Positions 11,205-24,757 of a DNA stretch of 64,000 bases are shown piece by piece. This DNA comes from Octopus bimaculoides. Taxonomy: Eukaryota. Numbering within the stretch: position 1 is the stretch's first letter; each line of letters opens with the position of its first letter. Made by a program: the position numbers and the translations under genes. Where the stretch lies: contig NC_068981.1 in assembly GCF_001194135.2 (NCBI RefSeq), forward strand, positions 128,951,554 to 129,015,553, read 5' to 3'. A model generated the notes under the pieces. That model was not told the origin of the DNA, ran no database searches, and saw nothing but the letters and a program-made list of their open reading frames with translations.

Positions 11205-13410
11205 GCAAAATATGTGTAGGAGGTGGGTGAAAAGACAGGAGTGACTACAGCTTGGTGAGTCAAAGTATCTCTGAATTTTCAATGGTTAATGAAATTATAT
11301 TCAACCTTCAGTTACATATTATCACTTATTTGTTATATAAATGTATCTTTGTGAGTTATTCACCAGTAACAAGTGGTGTCATTGATACCATTTCAGATTG
11401 GTGTTGATTAATTCTGACCTTGTTGAAGCATAGTTAAGATATTTCGCAGCCATCTTGTGAACAAAGTAATTGAAAGATAATGAACTTGGTGGTCCAAAGG
11501 AGGCCACAGACTTATACTTATTAAGACTGATAATGACATTATATTAAAGGTATTGCTAATGGTCCATCTAATGCAACTGGAAGATGTGTATCAGTGACAG
11601 CTTTCAGACTGTAATAATGCTGGGCCTAAAAAGAAGTTGATCACTGCCAAATGAACCAAATTTATGTCTCTGCATCAAACAACCATCGGCACCCCTTTTG
11701 AAATTTTTGCTTTTGTGAGCTTGATAAGCTTGATCAAATTAAGTGAAGTACTAAAAATGAACTAATACAAATGAGACTCATTGAGGGAATGTATCAGACA
11801 TCACACAGAACAAGGCTATTGCAGAATCCAAATTTGAGAAATAAGTTTCAATGCTTATGTAAACTTTATATAACAACAGAAAATGATATAAAATTTTAAC
11901 AAAGTTGACATTTCTTATGAAACAGAGCCTATAATTGATGATGTCTACGACATAACTAAAATGGATAAATTTTCTAATTGCAAAGCTTGTGGTTATAATG
12001 TGTTTATCAAATAGAAATGTCCTACATTTAAAAAAGATAGATAAATTATGCAACAAAAAGAACCACTTTCAGTAAGTTTGTAGCTTTAAAAAAAGAGAGT
12101 GTAGAATATGTGGAACAAATTGAGGAGGATGTATCTGACATAAAAACTAATGTATGTATACTAAAAGACAATGAAAGAACCATCCTATTGCAAGTTAAAC
12201 TGAATAATGTCAGATTAGATATGCAAGAAGATACTGGTAGCAAGGTTAACTTAATTCTAAAGAGCTTTTAAATACCCATTGGTAAACAAAAGCTTCTCAA
12301 AAGCCATCTACAACTTTGCCAGTTTTATCAATCAAAGATTAAAACTTTGTCATTATATTTTATATAGTCTACAAACAGGCAATCAGTCTAAAATCATACT
12401 AGTTATAGCCACAGTCTACAATAAAAATCATGGTCTTGCTGAAACTGAAAAACTAGATACTGAAAGCCAAGATTAATTGACTCTATTGTAGATGATGCTG
12501 AAGATACCATACTTAAAAATTATAAGAAAGCATTGAATTGAAAGAAAATATACATCCTTCATATTTTGAATTTTGTAGGTTTTTAATTTTAGACAATGTC
12601 CCAGAATTTCATAACTCCTGGAGACAAAAACTGGTTGTATCCTTTATAAACTGCTCCCAACTCATCCACAATAAAATGAGATTGCAGAACAAATAGTTCA
12701 AACAATTAAAATTGGGTTAAAGGCATTTTCCTCCACAGAAAAAGATTTTAGTCATTTCTGCTTTAACTATCGCTTAGCTATTCTGAATCCTGCTTTGATG
12801 ATCGTCAGATTCAAGCACCTTTGACTGTGTCTTATTTCACAGAAGAGCAGATATGTTGAAAAAGAACATATAATAGTTCAACACTAGAATTGCAAATTTG
12901 GTGATACAAGCTGGAAGCAACACTGGTCTCGTTACAAAGAATGGCATTGGAACTTTGAATAATACAAACCAAAGCAGACTTAAATTGAACCTCTTGAAAC
13001 AAAGAAGAATGATAGCAATAGTGTCCATTATAGTGCTGCTGTCTTTCCTGGTTTTAGAAGTACCTGTGTTGATGGTGACATGGACAACAAATGAAACAGG
13101 ATCAAATCAGTAGTGAAAGGGCCCCTTATACCTCAGGGAGAGGTGACTATCTTATAGAAAAATAGGAAACTTAATACAAATGAACTCTTCTGCTATGTAT
13201 ATATAGCAGAATATGTGGCTGAATAGTTTGTAGTAGGTGGTTGAGAAGACAGGAAAGACTATAACACTGCAATGAGTTAGAATACTCCTTAAGTTAAAGA
13301 GACTTTTGATGTACATTACATTGCACCAACAGTTACATGCTATTTGTTATATAAATGTTCCTTGTTGAACTAGTTATTGTATATTTTTGTGAATTATTTA
13401 CCTTGTAACA
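11110..13410 (+). mobile_element. Internally deleted Gypsy LTR retrotransposon with both LTRs
   Basis: 5' LTR 11110-11371 (TG...GTAACA), then PBS-like TGGTGTCA. Gag knuckle remnant, protease LDMQEDTGSKVNLI, integrase THPQ*NEIAEQIVQTIK. PPT AGGGAGAGG, 3' LTR 13144-13410, GCAAC TSD at 11105-11109 and 13411-13415. Confidence 0.8.
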
Positions 13411-14611
13411 GCAACAGAACAAATCCCTCATCAAAGCCAACACTATGCACTAACAAAGAAACATTTATATAGTCGTTCCATCTACTAGAAACAACATCCA
13501 AATGTCTTTTAAATCATATCCAATTATCTTATATTAAGGATACACTGTAGTCCCTGATATACAAAAATAGAGGTTATCTCAGAACACCTTTGGTATGCTG
13601 TCTCAAGGACGACCTGGGCTAAAAGAACAATATCCTTTCCACCAATTGTTGTGAGAGACATACATAACAAGACCAGACTTACATCTTGGTAACAACAAAT
13701 CTGTCATGCCAACAGTGATAAAATAGGGCAGAAGTCAACTAAGAATATATAGTCTTCATTATTAACATCAGAATATATCTATTGTTAATGACAGCATAAC
13801 ACAGCACATGTTAAAAGTGGAAAAATTATAGAACCTCTAAATAATTATTCAGCCTGATAGAAATAACTTAAATCTCCTCCCAAATCACATCCTACGGTGT
13901 TATAAAGGGAAGAATATGTTAGGTAATGTATTCCTAGATGCACATTAATAAAACCACAATACAATATATGTAAATAACAAGACAACATACCACATATCAA
14001 TAGCAAACTAACAGAACATATTTCCATGGGTAGCTGAAAGTGTTGACAACTGAAGTGGTTACCCAGGATACTGAATACTAGGCCAGGGCATCTCAAACTG
14101 TCAAATACCAAATGCCACAAAAACAAAAAAAGGAAATTTTTTTGATCTCCTACCCTCACTATCAATGTTAAGACAAAATAGATTTCTCATCCTTAGAGTT
14201 CTTTTTTCTTTGCTACGACGTTGGACAATTTTCCTGCCCTCTTTCAACCTTCACAACCCCTGCCTATAACAAACATTTTGCTAGGATGCACCACATTATG
14301 TGTTTCAGATCTTCCGAAAGATACAAAGGGAAAAATGTGAAAATATTAAACATTCTGGATTTCTTCATTTGCAGTTTTATAATTGTACTTTTAATGGTGC
14401 CAAAATTCAGCAGCTCACCTGGAATGCCAGTAACTCTAAGGCCGGTGCCTACATATCATAATTAGCTACAGATCAACCCACATTAAATAGAGAGAGACAT
14501 CCATATCATTAGCAACATTGCATAAATGAGACCAGCAAAGACAAGTTTCACTGAACCTCACATCCAACCATCTAAAACAAAAAGGAACACATTGGATAAG
14601 TTATTTTTAGA

Positions 14612-14745
14612 TATACAGAATGATTCAAAAGTCACGCACAAAATAAGTTCAATACATTCCAGAATTGTCAAAGGCATGCATCAATTCTTCTAAAATTGAA
14701 TAAAATAATGATGAATACACATATACTTGTACATGATGAACAAAA

Positions 14746-14784
<39 letters not shown>

Positions 14785-14836
14785 TAATATAAATAAAATG
14801 TCAAATGTTTTGGTGCGTGACTTTTGGCCCACCAAA
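14612..14836. mobile_element. Small Tc1/mariner-type MITE remnant
   Basis: Inverted ends CAAAAGTCACGCACAAAA and TTTGGTGCGTGACTTTTG. Confidence 0.5.
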
Positions 14837-15454
14837 AATAATATGATGAGATTGTCATAGGTTTGTTTGATCGGGGTTAGTGTGAGGTTGAATAGCAAGA
14901 AACTTGCTCAATATGATGAACAAATGCAACAAGATATATCCCATGTTGTTAGCAATATGGCATATACTATGCTGGTATCAATACATCCTGTTTTGTGTGT
15001 GCATTAAGTATTAAGTTAATTCACAGCAATTTAATATGAGTATCACATCATTTCACTTTCCCTTCTATTATTTTATAACTTCAAGTTCACTTATCACAGT
15101 GAGACAACTCACACATACACCACACACATGCATGTGATAATGTTGCTGAATATGTTCAGAAGTCCTTGCTCTCAAGAACAAACGCAATGCAAAAGCCAAC
15201 TTTGTTTTTGGTTTTTCTTTGTAATTCATTCCCCGCCACATCCATCCATTTATTGTGTAGTTGCTCGTCCTGAATTACCATGCCAAATATATACTCAGAA
15301 ACCTAACTTATTCATCTTGTCAACTTTAAAAACGTGCATGGTTGTGATTATGTATTCTTGTCTCAAATCAGCTCAACTGGAGAATACCCAAACTCTTTCT
15401 ACTTCATTTGAACTAGCAGAGATACCCAGCCTTGTTCGGGATTAAAATGGCATA

Positions 15455-15747
15455 GATTTTTATTGTTTTACTTGTTTCAGTCATGTGACTGCGGCTATGC
15501 TGGAGCACCACTGTTGGTCGAAGAAATCAATCACAGGATTTATTTTTTGTAAGCCTAGTACTCATTCTGTCAATGTCTTTTACCAAACTGCTAAGTTACG
15601 GGAATGTAAACACAGCAACATCAGTTGTCAAGCAATGGTGGGGGTACAAACACAAGACATGCATACACATATATACTACAGCCTTCTTTCAGTTTCCGAG
15701 TACGAAATCCACTCACAAGGTTTTGGTCGGCCTGAGGCTATAATAAG

Positions 15748-15750
<3 letters not shown>
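15455..15750 (-). mobile_element. SINE remnant
   Basis: Homologous to other copies in the window (9480-9600, 16750-17110, 55640-55930). Confidence 0.65.

Positions 15751-15826
<76 letters not shown>
15750..15826. repeat. (TA)n microsatellite
   Basis: Directly visible. Confidence 0.95.
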
Positions 15827-15828
<2 letters not shown>

Positions 15829-16749
15829 GCTGACATACCCAGTAATTCCCAAGAAAGTGGGCTTATCCCTTGGTTCCGTTCTCATAACTGTTTTGCTAAT
15901 CCACTAACAACAATACAAAGTATGTAGCCCTGAAAGGGGCTTTAATACGTTCCCAGAGTATATAGATTTTAGGAGGAAATACTAATAAGGTATGTATATT
16001 AAAATCGTGAAACATGTTACATAATAACAGGCTAATCAGATATGAGATAACAAATCAATGTAATTAACTGTGAAAAAAAGCTTTTGTGTGTTCCCAGAAA
16101 ATATTACCCTCAGCAGCGCTAGTATTGGTATATTCATGAATAAGTCACTAACCGAAATAAGTGGATCTATTGTTTAGGAGAATACTGTTTAAGTGTTGTA
16201 TTGGATAAATTGAGAAAAAACTAAAATAGTTCAAATACTAAGAAATGAAATATTGTAAGATGAAAATGCATTTCAATACATTCGTAATGAGTTTAGAAAA
16301 TGTTCAGTTCCTGTATAAACAAGGCCCAGTTTTCACCTGGCAATCCACTCAACATACAGTATTATTTTTAATGCATCAATTTCATTTTTTTTAATGTACA
16401 GTTTGACAAAGTCAAGCTTGTGGCTGGCACAAAGAATTTTTATTTCTGTAACACAATAAAAGGGAGAAAATGTACATATTTCCTATGTCAGCACAGTATT
16501 TCATTATATAATGTAGAGAAATAAACTATCTATAAAACAAGAGCAATCTTCTGATTTATTAGTAAAATGAAGCTTTCCATTAAAAAAATGATGGGATATT
16601 GCCAATTACCAAATCAAAATACAGAGCAATGTGAGAGTAAGCAAATTCTAATTGTTAGTGGCATAACCAGTTTTATGTCCAATCTAGCAATGTTTCTTTT
16701 TAACTGTCTTAATACATTTCAAATGTGTAAATTATGATTAAGAAAATGA

Positions 16750-17110
16750 AATTCTTTATGTATCTTTTACTGTTTCAGTCATTAGACTGTGGCCATGCTG
16801 GGGCACTGCTTTCAAGAATTTTTAGTTGAATAAATTAACCCCAGTACTTTTTTTTATTTAAGATGTTATAAGGACTTTGCCCCATCTAAAAAACAAATCA
16901 ATTTCAAATTTGGGTACAAGGCCAGCAAATTCGGGGGAGAGGATAAGTCGACTACATTTTCCCCCAGCCCTCAACTGGTACTTATTTTATCAACCCTGGG
17001 AGAATGAAAGCCAAAATCGACCTTGGTGGAATTTGAACTCAGAATATAAAGACTGACAAAATGCCACTAAACATTTTGCCTGGTGTGCTAACAATTCCTC
17101 ACTGCCTTTT
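16750..17110 (-). mobile_element. SINE remnant
   Basis: Reverse copy of the family at 1057-1195 with a longer 3' part. Confidence 0.65.
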
Positions 17111-19698
17111 AAATGATTTCATATCTCAAAATATCTATGCAGGAGATTACTTGTTCCAAGGAGGATGGCTGATACATCTTTCAGATGATACAGAACTTCT
17201 CATATGGCATAAATATCAGAAACATTCTGATATGATTGGCTTTGAAGGGTGGTGCTGTTTTCATGAACTGTTTGGATTCACAATTAGGTTTTATTTTGGT
17301 AGCCCTGCCTAAGCCATAAAACAAAAACTCCACTACAAACATCAGAGCCCTGATCCAATTATATTATGAAATACACTATACATTTCAAAGACAAATACCA
17401 TAGAAACACTGACACTTGGTTCATGCTATTTGCAACTCTTGCTGTTGTTTCTTATCAAAAAGTTGGAAAATTGACAGGAGTAGTTGCATTGATGCAGTGA
17501 TGTTGGTTGTTTGGTGTTGGTGACAGTGGTGGTGCTAACTATAATTATCTTGGTTATGGAGTTGATGATAGTGGCATCGACTGTGTATTCAATATTGGTA
17601 GCGTAGGCTGTGTTAGTGTTAGTGATGGTGGTGGTAGTAGTAGCAGGGATTGTGGTGATAGTGTTTGGCATTGATGATGTTAGTGATATTGGCAGTGATA
17701 GTGGTGATCACGTTATTGTTGATAGTGCTGGTAATAGCATTGTTGTTGCTAGGTCTCTAGTTAATCCTTATTGAGCTGAGACATCGGTGCTCATGAAAGG
17801 AATTTCAAGCATATTTTAAGATACATGCAAGTCTATGCTATCTTATGCATGTATGTACATATATACATACATGAATGTATGTATGTAATGTTTGTATATA
17901 TGCAAGTATATATTATGCATGTATGAGATACATATATGTATGTATGTATGGATGGATGCATCTGCCAACCCATCTTCCCAACACATTCTTCCTCCACCCA
18001 TGATCACATGTACGTCACCCTCATTGCCTTCACATATTTACCACAGTACCTACTCCCCCACCCCCTGAGCTACTCTTATCACTTGCTACAGTTACATTTT
18101 CCCTATCTCAAACCATCTCCCATCACACGCTTATAAAACATCTCACATCCATCCTTCACTGCCTATTCACCCTGTCCAATCTTCTGTACCACTTATATTA
18201 ACTCCCACTGCACTTCGTAGGTCTGTCCTAACACATCCCTACCATCATCTACCTCTACCATTCACCCTGCCTGCTTATCTTCCTCTCTAACTTTATCTCT
18301 CTTTATATCTCTTTTTCCAACTGGGATAGCCAAGTATCTCCACCTTTAGAGCAACAAACCTATTGCTATCCTATTATACTTTAGACTCTCAACATGCACA
18401 AAGCCACTTCCCTCAATACTACTCACACCCTTCCAATTAAGGGTCTTTGTTTTTCAAGTTACTTGGTGATCCCACTCGTGCTGGTTCCATGTAAAAAAGC
18501 ATACAGTACACTCTGTAAAGTAGTTGGCTTTAGGAAGGACATCCAGCCACAGAAACCATGTCGAAGCATACAATGGAGTCTGGGGCAGCTCTCTAGCTTA
18601 CCATCCAACCTATGCCAACATGGAAAACAGATGTCAAATGATGACGATAATGAAACTGATGTAATATTGCACCATATTAAATGTTTGGCTCTTTATTTTT
18701 ATTTTTTATATATCGTTTGGTTTGGAAGTTAGGTTTTAACTTGGTAATCCTGGTTGATTACACTTACCATTATCCATCTAAACGCAAAATTTGATTATAT
18801 CTCATTGTATGTCGTATGTGGAGCAAGTAATAAAAGGAGTCTAACCAAAATGTGAGTGACTATGAAGATCCTCTACAACAAGAAACCTGTTCTTTTCTAT
18901 CCCCTTCTTTCACACTTTAGCTCCTCTTCTACTAGCATAAAACTACCTCTCTTTATACTGTAGCTTCCACTTATTTGAAGGGGATCTTAGTCTTGCAGTT
19001 TCCATGGCAACCTCACTAGCGCCATGAAAAGTAAAGTGGTTGGCATTAAGAAGGATATCCAGCTTTAGAAACCATGCCAAAGCAGACATTGGAACATGAT
19101 GTGGTCTTAGATTCATCAAATCCTGTCAAGCCATCTGAGCTATGCAGAATGAAATATTCACATTAAATATGCATGCAGGCATGTATGTGTGTTATCTGAT
19201 TATACAAATTATATTCACTAGGATGACAATTCTTCATGTAAAGCAGGGGAGCAGAATAAGATAACAATTCATTGTGATTAAAAGTAAAGAAAGTATTGTG
19301 CATTTGGGGGTTTTTGTTGCTGTTTTTTTAGGATGTGACTGATGACCATCATTTTCTGTTGATTGTCATATATCACGTTTTTGCCAAACAAATAAAGCTA
19401 TTTTTCCTACACGATCCATTATGTCCTTCATTGTTTTTAAGATAACAGAGTATAATTTTAGAAAAATATAACTACTATTTCTAATACATAACAATAAGCA
19501 TTTCTTGAGTAGCTGGTGTTAGGAAGGGCATCTAGCTGGAAAAATCCTGCCAAAACAGTCACAGAAGTCTTGTGCAGGCTTCTGCCTGGCCAGCTCCTGT
19601 AAAACCATCCTGCCCATGCCAGCATGGAAAGCAAATGTTAAACAATGATGAAAGAAGGATTGATAAAAAAAAGGGGGATTATTTAATCAAGTTGTTTA

Positions 19699-19739
<41 letters not shown>

Positions 19740-20094
19740 TTAAAGATTGCACGGAGAAATCAACCAACCAACTAACATTTATTATTATAATTTATATATA
19801 TTATATTATTGTTATTTATTATCAGCTATTATTATATATTGTTATATAGGGATTAGAAAATGAGAAAATCCTTTTCAAAGGTAAGATATGTAAGTGTTTG
19901 AATATTATAAATGAAAGTAAGACCAGATACATGCCCACAACACTTTTTAAGGTGAAGGGTACAATGGATTGATAATTGTTATTGATTTCTGAATGGATAT
20001 GAACTCTAAACAGTGAGATAATGAAATACTAATGAATGGGTATTGCCTTATTTTCTAGACTACAATAAGATCACAAATATAATGTGACCCTACT

Positions 20095-20820
20095 TTTACA
20101 ATGGACAGACAGGTGTCCTCACCTTGTTTGTTGTTATCATAACATTTCAGCTGATGTATTCTCCAGCCTTCATCGGGTGTTCTGGTGGAATTTCGAACCC
20201 AATCCTTTATTTGGTCCATAGAAGAGAATATGACCAAAAATTGCATGTACTCTATCCCATGCAGTTGTGGTAGGTTATACAAAGGCAAAACATGCTGCCC
20301 CCTTAAAGTAAGGGTAGAGGAACATTGGAAAGCTGTGACATGAGAGGAATGTTGAAAAATAGGGTATAGCCGATCATGTATGGAAAAATGGAGACCACCT
20401 CCTGCTGTGGGATGAAGTTAAAATAATCGACAGAGAACACCACTGGAAAATACGAAAATTAAAAGAGGCTGCACATATACTAGGACACAATAACCTCCTA
20501 AATAGACCTAGTACAGATATGAATGTAATATGGGAACCAGTATTAAGAAAAGATAAAATACTAGGTTTATAAGCCCTAAAATTCACTTTATAATTGCCCA
20601 CAGGCATATAGTGTGGTGGATAAGAGCGCGGGCTACAAACCCTTTGAAAAATAATATCAAAAGAAAAATAACATCAGGAACATACCTTAGGAATGAGAAC
20701 AGTCAAATAAAGGGTTGGGTTCAAAATTCCACCAGAACACTTGATAAAGGCTTAGAGAGTACATCAGCCGAAATGTTGTGATAACAACAAAGTGAAGACA
20801 CCTATCTGTCCATTGTAAAT
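20095..20820 (+). mobile_element. Penelope-like element fragment: GIY-YIG C-terminus between ~120-bp inverted arms
   Basis: Plus strand encodes IADHVWKNGDHLLLWDEVKIIDREHHWKIRKLKEAAHI. 20095-20217 is the reverse complement of 20701-20819. Both arms carry a mutated hammerhead-like core. Confidence 0.75.
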
Positions 20821-21394
20821 ATAATGTACATAATTCCTCATCCCAAAAATATAGAATAGCCTACTTTTTGTAACTACAAATCAGTCATATATTTTATCTT
20901 CTTATGTAATGTAAATCCAGAATACAATCATAGTTATCTATAAGTTTTAAGAAGCTAATTTAATATAACTGCAAATTTTAAAAAACAAAATTAAATATAA
21001 ATGCTAAAACTGGCTTGGTTCCTGAGTTTACTCAATAACTTTTGAATGAAGGCTGTAGCACGAATTTAAAATGGTCATCATTCCTAAAATGAGCTTATTA
21101 TCAAAGTCTGATTCATTATCTAATTTTTCCAATATCTCCAACCATTCTTCTTGATTTAACATTTCATTTATGTTCCATTCTATCAGGCACGGTCCCAGGA
21201 ATTTTTGAAGGGTGTGCACAAGGTCAGAAGGGAATACAATTCCAGGAGAAAAAGATATAACATTATTTAGAAAGGTGCACTTCTTTTCTTGAGGTGGGAG
21301 GGCATGTGCTCCTTATCCCCCACCCCCTTGGGTCTGCCCCTGCCTATCATTTCATTATCCAACTTCATCTAAACTTGCAGTGGCGTCTTTCAAA

Positions 21395-21650
21395 AAAGGA
21401 TCATTGGTTCTTTCCAAGCTATAGGCTCATAAGTCGTTTCACAGATTCTGTGGCATATATATTTCACCCTGGATGGGATGCCAGTCCATCACAGGGTCAC
21501 TCATTTTTGCCAATTGAGTGGACTGGAGCGACATGAAATGAAGTATTTTGCTTGAGAATACAATGTATCACCCTATCCAGGAATTGAAACCACAATCTTA
21601 CAATCAAAAGTACAATACCCTAACCACTGAGTCACATGCCTCCACATAGT
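21395..21650 (-). mobile_element. tRNA-headed SINE with V-domain-like core
   Basis: Minus strand has A/B-box-like GACTCAGTGG and GTTTCAATTCC, then CCCTGTGATGGACTGGCATCCCATCCAGGGTG, which resembles the V-SINE central domain. Confidence 0.6.
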
Positions 21651-22730
21651 GGTGTCATTAATTACATTCTAATTATTCCACAACAGATTATCCATTCAAT
21701 TTATCCATTATTAAATTGATTATCCATTCAACTTATAACCAGTGCCAGTCATTAAAAACCTCTTGGAAACTATATGCTCAGGTAAAGCATGCTAAGATTT
21801 TTTAGATTACCTCCTGTTTTTCTACTTCATCAGATAACACCCATGATAACCAGTGCATCATAAATTTATCTTTAAATAGCTTCATAAGTTTTTAAAATAT
21901 TTAATGTGTTTCATTGACTCAATAAGATGAGTTTTAAATAATCCCATATTGTCACTGCAGGTTTCTTTAAAAATGCTTCATGTTGATTATTCCATGCTTT
22001 TCTCAGCCATAGACCTATTTATGCCTTCCACATCAATCCAGCTTTTAGAGTGGCATTGAACAATAACTCCAGAAGGAAATTTTTCGCTCTTTAATTACCT
22101 TTCTTTGAACAATAACCATGGAGTTTAGTTTGTTCCATCAGCTAAAGCAACACAAAACTGCAATAAAATAGGCTATTTTGTGGACAGTTTCATTTCCCAT
22201 GTCTTGGTGTTCTAACAGATTTACATCCTATTTATGTAGTGTTCTGTTCTCTGACATGTTAAAAGACAGTTATCTTATCTATATTTCCAATTTCATGCAG
22301 TTCAAAAATCATACTGTTGTTTCAACTTCATAATATGATATGAACCTATTATTAAAATTGGAGGGAAGCTTCAGTGAAATCAAGTTAAAAAAATCTGGAA
22401 AATCTCTTGTACAGTACATTTTAAAGATTGACCGATTTCATATTGACGTTTTCTTTACTAAAAACTTTATATTCAGAGCTGTAACAAAACATTCATTTTT
22501 TTTTTCCTTTTGTCTTACGTACCCATCTAGCCAATTCTCAGCTTGGTAACTGAATTAACAATTGTCATTTGATGTATTCGCTACGCTGACTGGGTTTTAT
22601 AACCGTAGGTTACACAGAGAGGGGAAATAAAAACCGCTAATTTTGATTCTTTTGTTTTTAGTATATATATATCGTTGTATTTGGGTATGGTCATAAATAT
22701 ATAAACGGAATGCATATATATTCTTTGTAT

Positions 22731-22764
<34 letters not shown>

Positions 22765-23147
22765 NNNNNNNNNNNNNNNNNNNNNNNNNNNNNNNNNNNN
22801 NNNNNNNNNNNNNNNNNNNNNNNNNNNNNNNNNNNNNNNNNNNNNNNNNNNNNNNNNNNNNNNNNNNNNNNNNNNNNNNNNNNNNNNNNNNNNNNNNNNN
22901 NNNNNNNNNNNNNNNNNNNNNNNNNNNNNNNNNNNNNNNNNNNNNNNNNNNNNTTTTTTTTTTTTTTTTCCTAGGGCAAAATAAGGCAAATATTTAACAG
23001 AAAAATGTAGGGAGTTTTTTTATGATAGAAAGTGGTTTTGGTTAGGGGGTTTGCGGCTCCTTTCCAGAGAATGGTGTTTAGGGAACTAGGGAAATACCTA
23101 TTCTAATTCATAGCATTTAATGAGCTCAGCATTTCTAGAAAACAATG

Positions 23148-24757
23148 GGTGGACATTGGAATTAGACACTGCTAACTTAAAAAATAAAAAAGTTACAGCC
23201 ATTTTCCCTCAGTGTCTAATTCCAATGTCCACCCTATTATTTGTCGTTTTACTTCTGTATCTCAATGCTTTAAGCAAACTACAAAGCTCTTCTGGATACA
23301 TAGTTGTATGCGGGGGTCATGTTTCTCTATTTTCCTATTTGTCGTTGTTTAGAACTGGTGTTTGTCTTACTCCTTCGAAAACCATTGTCTGGAATGAGTG
23401 TTTACCAGCTCTCTAAACATTATTTGGTGGACATTGGAATTAGACACTGAGGGAAAATGGCTGTAACTTTTTTATTTTTTAAGTTAGGCGATTTTCGTTT
23501 TCGATAATGTGTTCTATATGTCCCGGTCATGCGATTCCACCTTTAAAAAATGTTTNNNNNNNNNNNNNNNNNNNNNNNNNNNNNNNNNNNNNNNNNNNNN
23601 NNNNNNNNNNNNNNNNNNNNNNNNNNNNNNNNNNNNNNNNNNNNNNNNNNNNNNNNNNNNNNNNNNNNNNNNNNNNNNNNNNNNNNNNNNNNNNNNNNNN
23701 NNNNNNNNNNNNNNNNNNNNNNNNNNNNNNNNNNNNNNNNNNNNNNNNNNNNNNNNNNNNNNNNNNNNNNNNNNNNNNNNNNNNNNNNNNNNNNNNNNNN
23801 NNNNNNNNNNNNNNNNNNNNNNNNNNNNNNNNNNNNNNNNNNNNNNNNNNNNNNNNNNNNNNNNNNNNNNNNNNNNNNNNNNNNNNNNNNNNNNNNNNNN
23901 NNNNNNNNNNNNNNNNNNNNNNNNNNNNNNNNNNNNNNNNNNNNNNNNNNNNNNNNNNNNNNNNNNNNNNNNNNNNNNNNNNNNNNNNNNNNNNNNNNNN
24001 NNNNNNNNNNNNNNNNNNNNNNNNNNNNNNNNNNNNNNNNNNNNNNNNNNNNNNNNNNNNNNNNNNNNNNNNNNNNNNNNNNNNNNNNNNNNNNNNNNNN
24101 NNNNNNNNNNNNNNNNNNNNNNNNNNNNNNNNNNNNNNNNNNNNNNNNNNNNNNNNNNNNNNNNNNNNNNNNNNNNNNNNNNNNNNNNNNNNNNNNNNNN
24201 NNNNNNNNNNNNNNNNNNNNNNNNNNNNNNNNNNNNNNNNNNNNNNNNNNNNNNNNNNNNNNNNNNNNNNNNNNNNNNNNNNNNNNNNNNNNNNNNNNNN
24301 NNNNNNNNNNNNNNNNNNNNNNNNNNNNNNNNNNNNNNNNNNNNNNNNNNNNNNNNNNNNNNNNNNNNNNNNNNNNNNNNNNNNNNNNNNNNNNNNNNNN
24401 NNNNNNNNNNNNNNNNNNNNNNNNNNNNNNNNNNNNNNNNNNNNNNNNNNNNNNNNNNNNNNNNNNNNNNNNNNNNNNNNNNNNNNNNCAAAATTGTTTT
24501 TTAGGGAGAATCGCATGACCGGGACATATAGAACACATTATCGAAAACGAAAATCGCCTAACTTAAAAAATAAAAAAGTTACAGCCATTTTCCCTCAGTG
24601 TCTAATTCCAATGTCCACCGCCGAACGGGCAAGATATCCCGCTTTGTCTAGTGTAACAAAGCAGAGTCGTTGTCCGTTCTGCAATCAAAATGACAGAATC
24701 TACATAAACTCTTATTTCTATTATTGGTGGACATTGTGTCTAATTCCAATGTCCACC
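23148..24757. mobile_element. Cluster of three elements sharing the GGTGGACATTGGAATTAGACACTG terminus (Merlin-like, 8-bp TSD)
   Basis: A 23148-23233, B 23426-24619 (about 110-bp near-identical TIRs around a gap) and C 24726-24757. GG termini and 8-bp flanking duplications. Confidence 0.7.

Noticed and set aside
17061-17312. 83-aa plus-strand ORF with an acceptor-like site
   Set aside because: It starts inside a SINE remnant and has no recognisable domain or good donor.
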